Source: Podospora anserina (taxonomy: Eukaryota). Taken from it: a stretch of DNA of 64,000 bases. How positions within the stretch are numbered: position 1 is the stretch's first letter; every line of letters starts with the position of its first letter. Shown piece by piece: positions 37,744-49,547 of this stretch. Made by a program: the position numbers and the translations under genes. The stretch is from positions 4,650,001 to 4,714,000 of the forward strand of contig CM030333.1 in the NCBI GenBank assembly GCA_017654855.1, given 5' to 3'. The notes under the pieces are model-generated. The model saw nothing but the letters and a program-made list of their open reading frames with translations. It was not told where the DNA came from and did not search any database.

Positions 37744-38383
37744 TTGCGCGGCGATTTTGCATGTTGCCACTCGTTCTGCCTGCCCGTGGGAGAATATCCG
37801 GAATTGGACGCTGTAAGTGAGTTGGAGAGCCTGACGCGGTTTGAAAGGCAGCACAGACAAAAGGCTGCGCGACAATGGAACGTGAGCACGTGACCACCTC
37901 TGGGTTTTCACTGGACAGTGAGTGACACGGTCCAGAGTAGTTGCTACCAGTAGATGGTCTTTTCTGCTACTATTTCGAAGCTTCATTTTGATACTATGCG
38001 TAAACTTAGAGTATTTCCTACCTTTTTCCGACATGAGAGTCATCACCACAACTGCTTTGTTGAACATCCAACACACAGCTCCAAAGCCAACCCCAACCCT
38101 CTCCCCGTAACTTGCTCGTCCCCCGCAAATCTTGGCACTCTTTGACAGCGGCCTCTTTCCGCCCATGAACCCACCATCCCCGGATTTACAGGGGCAGGAT
38201 GGGACGGAATCCCGGTCAACCAACCACTGAGAAGACAGGAACAACATCCAGTTCAAGGCCGAGGCTCGTGGTCCGCCTGCTTTTGACGTAAATAGCGAAT
38301 ACGTTCTGCTGGTATTCAAAATGTGATTTCACATCATCTACTGCAGTCTTTTTTATCTCAACGAACACGTACCCACCGTTACA

Positions 38384-40378
38384 ATGGAGCCTTCAAGTTC
38401 GAATACTGGTTTTATCCAGCAACAGCCCGTGATCAACAACCAGTTCTATGATGATGTGAGCTACCAAAGAGTAGCCAGATGTATGCTTCCCTGTAGGAAC
38501 TTTCATCACAAAATCACTAACAGCTGATAGTATTCCTGCCATCGGATATCCTTGACAAAATCACACCCGATGCTGCTCAGATCGGCCAAGAGGTCTTGTC
38601 TCAGCAAGTCTTCGATTGGGTAACTGACGCCGAGCATAACCAGCCATATCTGCGCGGAAATGGCCGGGATTCATTCGGCAAGCCCAAAAGCGAGCTGGTT
38701 GTTGGCGAGGGATGGCGAAAGCTTCAAGACTATGGCTTCAAAAAGGGGTAAACGTCTACAAGACCTACATGCCGGGTTGCCGTGCTAATGCCATCGCAGA
38801 GTCGTTGCTTTGAACTACGACACTGACCACGGCCCTTACACTCGCCTTGTCCAGTTTTTGCGGTGCCACCTCTGGGAAGCATCATGCGCCAATACCCTCT
38901 GCCCAGCGGCTATGCAAGATGGCGCGGCCCGTCTCCTTCAACGTCATCTGTTCACTTCCGCCGCGAAGAAACTCTCGCCGATTGAACGTGAGGTCTTTCA
39001 GAATGCCTACAGCCACCTAACCTCCCGTGACCCAACCAAAATATGGACCAGCGGCCAATGGATGACCGAGCGAACTGGCGGCAGTGACGTATCTCAGACA
39101 GAAACCGTAGCCACTTACGACCCCTTTCCTTCCTCAGCCCCAGTCCCCTTGGCATCACAGTCCGAATCCATCCCCCTCGGCCCATGGTCCATCTCCGGCT
39201 TCAAGTGGTTCTCATCAGCCACCGACTCCCACATGACCATTCTCCTCGCCAGAACCCATCCCTCCAAGGGCGTATCCGCCTTCTTCGCCCCCATGCGCCG
39301 CGATAACCCTTCCCTAGTCTCCCACACGGGCGAAAGCGGAAACGGCACCGAACTCAACGGTATCACCATCCAGCGTCTCAAGCACAAATTCGGCACCCAA
39401 TCCCTCCCTACAGCAGAGCTCGAGCTCAAGGGTATGCGAGGTTGGCTTATTGGCGAGGAGGGCAAAGGAATCCAGGAAATCAGCACCATCCTCAACATCA
39501 CCCGCGTGCACACTACCGTCTCTTCCATGGGCTACCTTGGGCGTTCGCTCGGCATCGCCCGGTCCTTTGCCCTTGTCCGCCCCGTCGGAATGGGCAAAGG
39601 CAAGCGAATTGCCTTGTCGTCGCACCCTTTGCATATGAGAACACTGGCCAACATGACGACTGACTACCACGGTATGATGCTGCTGACGTTTTACACAATC
39701 CACGCTCTCGGTCTGGATGAGCGGTTTCTTCCCTCCAACCAAGCGGCGACAAAGGTCCCGACTCCACCTAAGGAGTTGGTCCAGCCTTTACTCAGGGTAT
39801 TGTCCAGTCTTCACAAGTCCTATGTCTGCGAGACAACTGTCCCACTGGTGTACGGCTGCATGGAAGCGCTGGGAGGGGTAGGATACATGCAGAATGTCGA
39901 GTCTGAGCATCTCAATATCTCTAGACTGTTCCGTGATTGCTGCGTTGGTGCTATTTGGGAGGGGACGACTGATGTCTTGGCTAGTGATACGCTTCGTGCT
40001 TTGAAGCACCCCCTGAGCGGGAAGCAGTCAGTTCAAGCTTTGGATTGGCTGATTCTGTCGTCGAAGAATGCAGGGTTGGTGGAGGAATGGCAAGTGTTGA
40101 AGAACAAGATTGATACGGGCAACCAGGAGGAACTGTTGCCTGAGGCTAGGGGGTTGGTGTTTAGGATTGCGGAGATTATCATCTCGGTGCTGTACTTGGT
40201 TGATGCTGAGGCTGATCTGGGGGTTGAGATTGAGGCCATGTGTGCTAGGTTTATGGAGAAGAAGGGTTTCAGTGTTTATGAGGCGCCGGGGAAGAGGGCA
40301 AGGGAAGGAGGATTGAAGCTCGATCAGGCGATTGTTTATGGCGCTGGGAAGGACCTTGCTCAGGGCGCGAAGCTCTAA
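38384..40378 (+). CDS. Acyl-CoA dehydrogenase (AidB-like), peroxisomal (PTS1 -AKL)
   Basis: ATG 38384, introns 38481-38530 and about 38748-38799; WTSGQWMTERTGGSDV, GFKWFSSA, EALGGVGY, IWEGTTDV; ends in AKL. Confidence 0.92.
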
Positions 40379-41210
40379 ATGTTGACTATCATAAACAATC
40401 GCAGCGTGCTTCAACAGTACAGATGTGCTTCCAACAGCCCATAAGACGAGGGTCACTACACCAAGATTTGCTTGCATGCTTTAGTAACTGACACTGAGAA
40501 AGCAAGGAACAAAAGTCATCCTAGCCTCAAGCTCGGTTTCCTTGCCCCCCAGCTTCATCGTCCGAGCATTCTCATACCAGCGTTCGCGAGCCTCGAGTGC
40601 TTCAGCCAAAATATCGAAGAAATGAGAACTGGCCCGTGGCATCGCAAGCAAGCGAGGCGCAACGGATCCGTGTGCGACGTGCCTGGTAGCCTGCTTCCGT
40701 CGATCAGATTTTCGAGTAGGGGGAGGAGAGGATGAAGGAACAGAAGGAGACAGCATGAACCCCAAGGAGGCTCGCCAGAAGGCGAATAGGCGGGCAATCT
40801 TCTGTCTCTATCTCTCTCTCTCTCGCTGGCGTTTCGCAACAGTTCAGCGTCGCCACATGTTGGCACGATTCTCGCCTGCGAGCGCGATTCGTCGGCAGAC
40901 GAATTTCAGCCGAGCATCTTGTACTCTTCTTGTTCATCTGAAGTTGACGTTTGCGGACATTACACTTCTTTTTCGGTAGGTATTTTGAGCCTTTCTCAAT
41001 CTGCCGCCTGAGCTTTTCCTGCTCGAAATGTTGGCTTTCCGAACAGCTTCTTCACTCCACACAAGCATTTGTCTAAGGTACGTACCCTTAGGCAGTGAGA
41101 TGAGCAAAAGTATTGTTGCTTATTTATCAAATATATAGGTATATAACACACCCCGGTGACATCCGACTTTATCCCCATCTCCAACACCGTATTCCCACCG
41201 CAACCACCCC

Positions 41211-41600
41211 TCACTGCCAGTTCTCATCCGGCACCGGGCATCCAATCCTCTGCTGGCAGCCAAACCCAGGATCGGCCCCTCCACAGCAGGTCACAAAGGC
41301 CAAGGCGTGATCATGGTTCGTGCCGGGGCAAAGCTGAAGGTAAAGTGTTGGGACCTGCGAGACTGGGTGAGGCATGAAAGAGGTAAGACATACCTGCTGC
41401 CAATTCAGAGTGTTACCGATGGCAGCGCAGCACGTGGCCGATTTCGAAGGGTCAACGTCTCTGGAGCACCCACAGCTGTAGAAGCAATCACCGGTCATTG
41501 GAGCTGGTAGCGGGTTCGGGGATCTGATGGCGTTGGGGGAGGGAGCGGTGATGGCGGTGGCGGCGGTCAAAACCAAGAGGAGAGTGGTGAAGGTGCGCAT
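41211..41600 (-). CDS. Small secreted cysteine-rich protein 1 (109 aa spliced, 10 Cys)
   Basis: Signal peptide MRTFTTLLLVLTAATA; 60-nt intron 41393-41334 (GTATGT..CAG); mature DCFYSCGC..SATCC..LCPGTN..AFVTCCGG..FGCQQRIGCPVP. Confidence 0.85.
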   Translation of the reverse strand: MRTFTTLLLVLTAATAITAPSPNAIRSPNPLPAPMTGDCFYSCGCSRDVDPSKSATCCAAIGNTLNWQQVCLTSFMPHPVSQVPTLYLQLCPGTNHDHALAFVTCCGGADPGFGCQQRIGCPVPDENWQ

Positions 41601-42254
41601 TGTGGGTAGATCTTTTGGCTTGAGTTGAGTTTTGATGATCTTTTTCTACCTACTTACCTACTTATGAGAGGGAAGGCAGAGCTGTTTGTCGATATATATC
41701 TCGAGTTGTCTCTAAGCAGCGATGGAAACAATACCTCCGAAAGCTGTTGGTCTTTTACCCCTGCTTCTATATACTGTAAATTCCTACCTGTTTACTTGGC
41801 AGGTAGTAGTGATGATGCGACCAGGTACTTTTGCAAACCCGGACAAAGGAAAAGAGACTATTGTGGCATCACATACAGCATAGGCATAAGCAACGCTCTC
41901 AGCGATCTCTCTAAGGGTTAGTAAGAGTGCTTTAAGACCTCGACTACGATTCGGCAGCTCATTACAAACTCTTCAGGTTTTTGTTTCCGTCATCAATTCC
42001 CATTTATTATCCGAGAAATGGGCAGAAACATCATCAAGTGCATGGCTCTTGTGATGGCACTTGGCAGTTGGTGACGCGGCCTTTAGAGCGGAGCGAGCAA
42101 TCTGCAGAACCAAAGAGCATGCAAACCCTGCAGGTTTGAGTCCCATGATGCGAATCGTATGGAATTATCGATTGCATTCAGACGCTATCTTCTTTAAGCC
42201 CCCAGAACTTCATGTTGTTGGGACCAATTCAAGGCTCTCAGGTTGACCCTCAAC

Positions 42255-42738
42255 CTACACCAACTCCCTAACAGGAAGACTCTCTCCACCATTGCCGACA
42301 ACTGCAGTCTCGGGCATTGCAATGTCATACTTCATAACCGTACATCTCCAGTGAGGGCCCCTGTCTACATAGCTATTGCCCCCATCAGGCCTAGGGCAAC
42401 GCGTCTTCTGCGAACACCCATAGCCGTTCTTGCTCCCGCAGCATGTTGCGAACGTCGTAGCGCCAGTGAGGTTCATCTTGACGCAGGTCTGCCTCAATGT
42501 CAGCAAGCCATCCACTCCTCATTCATGGTAGAAATACAGGGGTTGGATTATCATCGAAGGTCCCATCAGTGGAGGCACAGCACTGAGCAGAGAGATCATC
42601 CTCAGCACACCAGCAGTCGTACTGGCACCTGCGATCAATCTTGTCGATTATCGACCAGAGGAAGTCAGGGACATGAAGGGCGGTGGTGGTGCTGGCCAAA
42701 CCGGCCAACGAGAAAAGCAAGGTAGCGGAGACGCGCAT
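42255..42738 (-). CDS. Small secreted cysteine-rich protein 2 (144 aa spliced), paralogue of 41211-41600
   Basis: ATG 42738, signal peptide MRVSATLLFSLAGLA, dibasic RR before the first Cys, intron 42537-42489 (GTATTT..GCTGAC..CAG); CQYDCWC..SAQCC..TCVKMN..TFATCCG..YGCSQKTRCPRP. Confidence 0.82.
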
Positions 42739-43416
42739 GTTGTATTCGTGGTAGTTAAGCTTGTGCGTTATGCCGGCATCCATGATGGTAAAAGTATTCT
42801 GCAAGGAAGGAAAACGCACCTAGTGGACACTGTGGGCAGATGATGAGATGTTAAGACCTACGAGGTAGTGTGTCGAGGAAGCGGATCAGCTTTCGATGAC
42901 GTCTACAAAGCCAGAGTCTTCTTGTTGGACGAATGGTAAGACTGGGCCGAGATACGGAGACCGAAGTTATACTGCTGCCTATGAACTTGGCCTCATCACA
43001 TTGGTTGGAGTGTTTGTTGCAAGGTTGAAAACATGGACCCTGCAGCAACATTTCAACTACATAATCTTTGTGTAACGAGGAGTGTAAACATGGATATTAA
43101 TTGACAGCCTGACTACACGCCACGTTTGAAGACCAGCTTTACCTGTCTTATATTCCTCTTTTCTCGGTTCATTCGACATCACAAGAGATAATCCTCTAGA
43201 TTCCTATTTGTACCTAGGCAGGTGTGTACCGAAACGAAACTAGCTAGATATTCCCCGGGGGCCCCCAATTAACTCTTACCAACGAACCGGAATTTCCACC
43301 ATCACCGTCTATCACCATCAGAACCTCACACTCCAAAGATCTCCCACCATGAGCTTCCATCACTGTCAATCCTTATGACCATCACCAACTCCCTTCAGCT
43401 ACCCCATATCAACTCC

Positions 43417-43788
43417 CTACCACTGACCAGGAGCCGGGCATCCAAAACCAAACCCACAACCATAAACCCCCCCACAGCACTGGGTGTAATCATGAGCCGT
43501 GGTATTATTCATATCGGCGCACCACTATCAGAAACATCACCTGTTAGCAACCGCATGAGGCACCCCGGCAGGAGAAATACATACGCCAATAGACTCATCA
43601 AACCTTCCCCCAGAAGCAACACAGCACTCCTTGCTCTGCTCGACAGAGTCGGCGCAGGTGCAGAGGTAGAGGCATTCGTCGTTGGCGAGAGCGTCCCTGA
43701 CAAGAGGCGAGAGAGCAGAAGACGCAGGAGCGGCGATGGTGCTGCTTGCGAGGCTGAGAGCCATGATGAGGGTGGTGAAGGCGCGCAT
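43417..43788 (-). CDS. Small secreted cysteine-rich protein 3 (103 aa spliced, 10 Cys), paralogue of the two above
   Basis: Signal peptide MRAFTTLIMALSLASSTIA; 60-nt intron 43584-43525 (GTATGT..GCTAAC..TAG); exon 2 WCADMNNTTAHDYTQCCGGVYGCGFGFGCPAPGQW* is not shown in the ORF track. Confidence 0.85.
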
Positions 43789-44418
43789 TTTGGATGCTCT
43801 TTAAGTAGCTTGATTGTGACAAAGGTAGCTGTGTTGTGAAAGCCTGTCTCGGTGATGCTGGGGACAACTCTCTCCTTTGGGTGTTCTTCCTCTCAACTTA
43901 TATGCTCGGCGCCCAAACTCCTGGAAGGTTGGAATATCGGGATGACCCCATAGTATTTTGCTACACCAAGAGGTAAAAAAAGGGGGAAGGCCCAGATTAT
44001 CACCAACAGCATACCTCTGGTGACGCGGCCATAACTACCGTGACGCGGCCATAGCTACTGTATACCAACACAAGTCCCCCTTCCTATTATTCTCTCGGTT
44101 GGCCCCTGATTTCTAGTCCTCACCACACAGCATCACCACAAGTTAAGAACTTGTGTTTGCTCTGCCCCATAACGCATCACACCCTCAAGTCCGCCCCTTA
44201 CGCAACACTCGCCCGGTTAGGTATGCGCTCGCCTCCCCAATAGGGTAAGCCCTCCCTATCACAATCGGCATCAAACATCACAAGCCAACTTGATGGAACA
44301 TCTTGCTGATTCGCCACGAACAGCTCTATTACATGCTGCGGCGCGCTTTGGTCCTATCCTGCTACCCAGTCAAAGCTGTGCCTTTCCCCTTAAACACCCA
44401 GCACAACAACACCCCCCC

Positions 44419-46562
44419 TTAATTCCCCCACCTCGTCACCAGAAAGTTCGCCCACTTCCCAATATCCTCCAATGCCTCCAACACCAACCCAATATCCTCC
44501 ACCCTCCTCGTCCTCCCATTCTTCCCCATCATGTTCCCCTCATCCAGCACATTCTGCGCCTCCACATGGACATGCCCATTCTCCCTAATCTCGAGGAGGA
44601 TGTTCGCCGTCTTGTTCTCACTGAACGGGAACACAATCTGAAGACGCGGAACCGGAAGGATGGTGAGAGTAACATCAATGTTCAAGTCCAGCTTCTTCCC
44701 GGTTTCATTCGCTCCCCGTTCGGTTTCGGCCGCGGCATCATCCTCTTGCCTGATGCCAGCAGAGGAACCCCCGTTCAAGCCGGACTGCATGAAGCCAGAA
44801 AACTCATCCATGTTAGTTTCGGTCATTGTAGTTCCGTCCCCGACAGTCGTTGGCAATACTTTCGTCGAGCTGAACGTGATATTTGTGCCGGCGTCCTTCT
44901 CGAAGCTGTTCTCCAGCAGGATCGACAAAAAGACATATTGCCGAAGATGGGGCAACATCATCACCAGGTGTTGAGGGTGAGAAAAGGTGAGCTCGGTAAG
45001 AGTCTTGCCATAGACTGGCTCGTAGACGTAGAGAGTATTCGTGTGGTTCATGATCTGCACCTCCTCGCTTTCGTTGGGGTGCGGAAAGTTGGGGATCTTC
45101 TTGTGGCATACTGTGGTCCTCGCTTCGGCGTTGGCTTGGTCGCTGCTCTTAAGATTGCCAGTGTTGGGCGCCTGGGGGAGTACCAAGTTGTCAAAGGTGG
45201 TCAGCTTTTCGGGGGCGCTGTCCACCACCCCAACGCCGAGTTGCCGTATCTTGTCCCAGAGATCGGCGGATATGTGAATGGGAGGGTCGAAGATGGCTTG
45301 AAACACGGCTTCAGGAAGACGTGGGGCGTGGAGCAGAACCCCTGGATCTGATTTCTCATCCTCGGGGGTTGGAAGATAGGTCGGGGGCGGGTCGAGCCAG
45401 TCAACGACAGGGCCCAACTCATCCGGCAATGGCATCCTCTCAACGTCCACACTGATCCATTTGTCAGAGATGCGTACTGGGCTGACGGGGTTGTTTGGGT
45501 TTAGAGAGGTGCATCCGATGAGGAGACTCCATGTTTTGCTGTTGTCGATCATCTCGGCGGTTTGCTCTGGGGTTTCGCTCTTGAAATTTCTGCCCTGCTT
45601 CCAATAATCTAGGCTCAGACCTGTCTTGCGGCGCGAGTTCATCGTTGGTCTGCCACTTCTAGTGCAGAGCGCGAGACACTCGATCTCGAAATCTCGTTTG
45701 CCCGCAAAGGCCGGCTCTTCTCTCAGCTTTTGCATTTCCCAATGATGTAGGCGAAGTAAACTTTCGTAGACCCCAGCCACGGCCTCGTACAAATTAAGTC
45801 CAGGGTTCAGGCTGAGTTTGTCTAGCATGGCGAGCCTTTCAAAGTTGTCCGCAAATCCGGCGAGAGACTTGGTTAGGGGGAGCTGGCCGTCTTCCAACTG
45901 CAAATCCTTGAGAAGGATTTCACCGGCTGCCGCGGCGTGCTTGCTGACGATGTCGGCTGATTCGGGGAAGTTGAGACTGAGGGACAGCACGATGTCTTTT
46001 TGGAAGTCGATAGAGAGCTCCAGGGCTGCTCCAGCTATAATCAGGCTCTTTTTCTTTTCGTTGCCGACAGGCGCGTCCCAGAATACTTCCAGGCCGAGTC
46101 TTTTGGCCAGTCGCTCCAGGCCGGCTTCGCTGACGAGGCCTTTTCTTTGCTATGCTGCAGGTCAGAAAAATAGAATAGCAGAAAGAGGCATATGGGCCGT
46201 ACACTTAGGATATCGATCATAGCATCCAGCCTTTTTGCTCGTTCATCCTCTGAAGTTTTGCCCAGGAAGCCTGAAAGGCCCGAGTCCAAGGAGCCCATGT
46301 TGAGTGCGCTGAGAGCAGCTGCGGCTGATGGACTGTCGAAGTTTACGGCTGGTACGGAAGGATGACCACCAAGAGTAGTCGCGGGTGATTTTTTGACTTG
46401 CTGTGGTGAGGATCGTGGACCGTGTGGTGAGAAGGCACTGGCAGCATGGGCGGCGGAGAACGGAGTCGAGACTGGGGGAGTCCCAACAGCGCCGTGTTGT
46501 GACTGGGAGGGAGTCTTGCCCTGCTGTGAAAGAGCATGTTTCATTGGAGTAGGAGTTGTCAT
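44419..46562 (-). CDS. MED1: Mediator of RNA polymerase II transcription subunit 1
   Basis: Exon 1 46562-46203 (MTTPTPMKH..), intron 46202-46150, then QRKGLVSEAGLERLA..; FADNFERLAMLDKLS, FSHPQHL..LPHLRQY match fungal Med1. Confidence 0.85.
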
Positions 46563-46797
46563 TTTGAATTGCGGTTGGCTTTCACCACCTGAATCTTATA
46601 GGGAGCGAGGCGTAGTGTTCAGGATTGCGAGGAGAAGAGCAACGTATTAATTGAACTTAGATCGCGGAGTTTCAACTGGGTTAGTTGTAAATTATATCAC
46701 GGTGAGTGATTGCAATATCATCAGAAATTGACTGGCTCGGCAGCAGTCATGAAAGATGATCTTGGTGGGAAGGGCAAATTGGAATGAAGCAGGAGAA

Positions 46798-46826
46798 TGA
46801 GAGTGAGAGTGAGAGTGAGAGTGAGA
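46798..46826. repeat. (TGAGAG)n hexanucleotide repeat, about 5 units
   Basis: Directly visible upstream of MED1. Confidence 0.9.
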
Positions 46827-47401
46827 ACCACAACCTTGAACCTAGAGCTTGGACCGCGCCCCACTATCTGACCGAAAAGACAGACAGCCAACCCTAACCC
46901 GTGAAGCTGGCATGTATGTATCTTGAAGTTTACAACTAGGTTGAGGATTCAGGCCTTTGCGATTTTTGGGCAATAAGATGGCTCCTAAACTTGATATTCA
47001 TATCTGGATATCCAGGAGAGAGCCCGGCCAGAGGAATATGAAATCTGGATATGCTGCTGGTGTGCGGCTGTCTACCGACATATATGGATGTCTTTGAAGC
47101 GCACCCGCGTCAGGGCGTCCAATGAACCCCTGCGGCCCGAGAAATGCAAACCGACATGCAAGAAACTTCTTTCTAAGAGGAGCTGCATTTATCTTATTTT
47201 CACTTTCACCTCAACGAGGAAAAATAATGTTATTATCGCATGCACAGAAGAACTGCTTGAAGTCCATCCAACGTAGCCACTGCTGGGCTAGGAACACCCC
47301 TGCCACACACGCTAATCTAATTGCTGCAGTGGGCGCTCCCCCAGCTGTTTAGTGGATCAAATAAGTTTGACACCCAAGCGCCGCAACGCTCACCACCCAC
47401 C

Positions 47402-47464
47402 ATGGACTTTCCAGCTCCACCATCCCTCCTCCAGCAGTCGCAATACTCGCAGCATCACCAGCAA

Positions 47465-47523
<59 letters not shown>

Positions 47524-48683
47524 ACAGCAACAGCAGCTACAACTACAGCTACAGCTTCAATACCAGCAACAGATCCAATTCTACGAGCAGCAACAGCATC
47601 AACAGCAGCTCCTAGCCATGAACGGCATGAACGGCGCCAACATGCAGGGAGCCATGGTTGGCGTCCCCATACCAGCCGGCCAGGCATCCGAGTTGACCTT
47701 TATCTACAACATGGTCGACACTCTCAGCGGACAGCTCGCCCAAAACCAGCGCACTCTCGAAGAAGTCATCTCTTGCGTCGGCCGTATTCGCGCACGGGCG
47801 AGGTCACAGTCGCTAGGAAACGAAGAGCTGATCAACCTGTCAGCGGATGAAATCAAGGGTACATCTCCCCATTTTGTATTCCTTTACAAACTCAACCAAC
47901 ATGCTAACCCCTCCCTCTCCAGCCCAAGAAGCAGACCTCGACACCTACATATCAGTCCTCTCAGAAGCCTTCGAGAAAGCCAGATACTCGCGTGACCAAA
48001 ACGCTTTCCTCCTCCACCAATTCGCCGAGAAAATGTCCTCCATGCTCCGAATCTTCCACGAATACAAAGCCAAGCACGTCAGCGACGTCTCGACCTGGCA
48101 CAAGTCCTACCGCAAACAACTAGCCGATGCCCGCGCGGAGAACTCCAGGCTCCGCGAACAAATCTGGGAGATGCAGGCCCACGCCGGCGCCGCGAACGAG
48201 AAGCTGAGGAATTTCCGGAAGAAATACGACGAGGACGAAAAGAGGTGGGAGAAGAGGGTCGAGATGAAGGCGATGAGGCAGGAGTTGAGGTTCTGGAAAC
48301 GGATGGCGATGCCACACTTGGCAGATGACGATCCGTACTGGAGTGACGACGATGACCTAGTGGATGTGGCTGAGAAGCAGAGGCTGCTGGAGATGCAGAA
48401 GATAGCGGCCGAGAACCTGGCGGCAGAAGCGGCGCAGTTGGCGGCTGCACATGCCGAGCTGGGAGACATCACCGGCAACGACGAGGACGGCGGGGATCAA
48501 GAAGGGGATGGGGTTCCACCTCCTGCGCCAGCGCCGCCGTCTACAATGACGCCACATAACTTGGTGCGGTCGCTTGTGGGCGGGGTGCCGATGCAGAGGA
48601 GTGATGATGGGGATAATGCTGGGCCTGTTCCGCCGCCGAGGCCGTTGAGCGCGGCGAGTAGTACCGGGTCTTCGGGGCAGTGA
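47402..48683 (+). CDS. PolyQ/coiled-coil conserved fungal protein; candidate STRIPAK subunit SCI1/SipB (SIKE-like)
   Basis: ATG 47402, intron 47859-47922; N-terminal polyQ from (CAACAG)n, PAGQASELTFIYNMVDTLSGQL motif, coiled coils, ELRFWKRMA..WSDDDD. The STRIPAK identity is from recall of architecture and is unverified. Confidence 0.65.
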
Positions 48684-49547
48684 GTGTTTGCAGTTGATGT
48701 TGGAGGGGTGTAAGGGGCGGATAGCATGTATAATTCCGTAAGATTGATCAGCGTGCCTTTTGATACCACCAAAACAGAGTTTATCGCACCATATATAATA
48801 GCAAGAAGAGCTGTTTGATGCTTACTTGCACTGCAAATTTATTTTGCTTCAGAAACATCTTGACTGCCAGCAGAGAAGCAGGTCCTGGCCAGAATACAAA
48901 TATGTCCACAGACTTGTCCAAGCTCCGAATATGTCTGAGAGAGGTATGCATTGCTACTTTGGGTGCTTTGCACGGCCAGTTCTCAGTATCTTCGCACCGC
49001 ATTACGAGAGAATATCTTTAAGAATACAGCATAACCATCCGTTAGAGTGAATTCGTGAAAGACTGGGACAAGGAAGCGTCAAAAAAGGTAGTTCTCACCC
49101 ACTGGCTTTCATCCGAGTTGTTTGGTCAGAGGTAAGAGTCGACAGGGGCTTGTTTACTTTACCCCTGAGTGGGGCTAGCGCCTCTCGACGTTGGCTCGAA
49201 CTTTTGTTTTTTGGATGGAGCTACATTTTTTGCATAGCCAGCAAGAGTCATGTATCGATTCAGAGTCTGCTGGTAGTATTTCGCATCGTTTCCTACATGC
49301 ATCGAGGAACGGGTTGTATTTTGCCGTCTTACATATCCACAGACCGCACTGCAAGCACTTTGAAGTGCTCAATCGGCATCTGCAACCGAGTGATTGATAG
49401 CACATCAAATTTGTTCCTAAACATGTCCAAAGAAAAATGGAAATACAAAATTGCCGGTACCGTTTTTTATACCTAGGTATCCCTCATAGAGAAAAAAGAA
49501 TCAAGCCGTTATCGCAAACACCCCTCACAATAAACGTATCCCACAGC

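Noticed and set aside
40481-40960. Possible gene relic (FFDILAEALEARERWYENAR..) beside the secreted-protein array
   Set aside because: Fragmentary, no credible start or splice structure, no family recognised.
41211-43788. Calling the three secreted proteins hydrophobins
   Set aside because: They have 10 Cys in C-C-C-CC-C-CC-C-C order, not the hydrophobin C-CC-C-C-CC-C pattern.
44290-45351. 353-aa plus-strand ORF
   Set aside because: Antisense to MED1, non-ATG start in the track, no recognisable domain.
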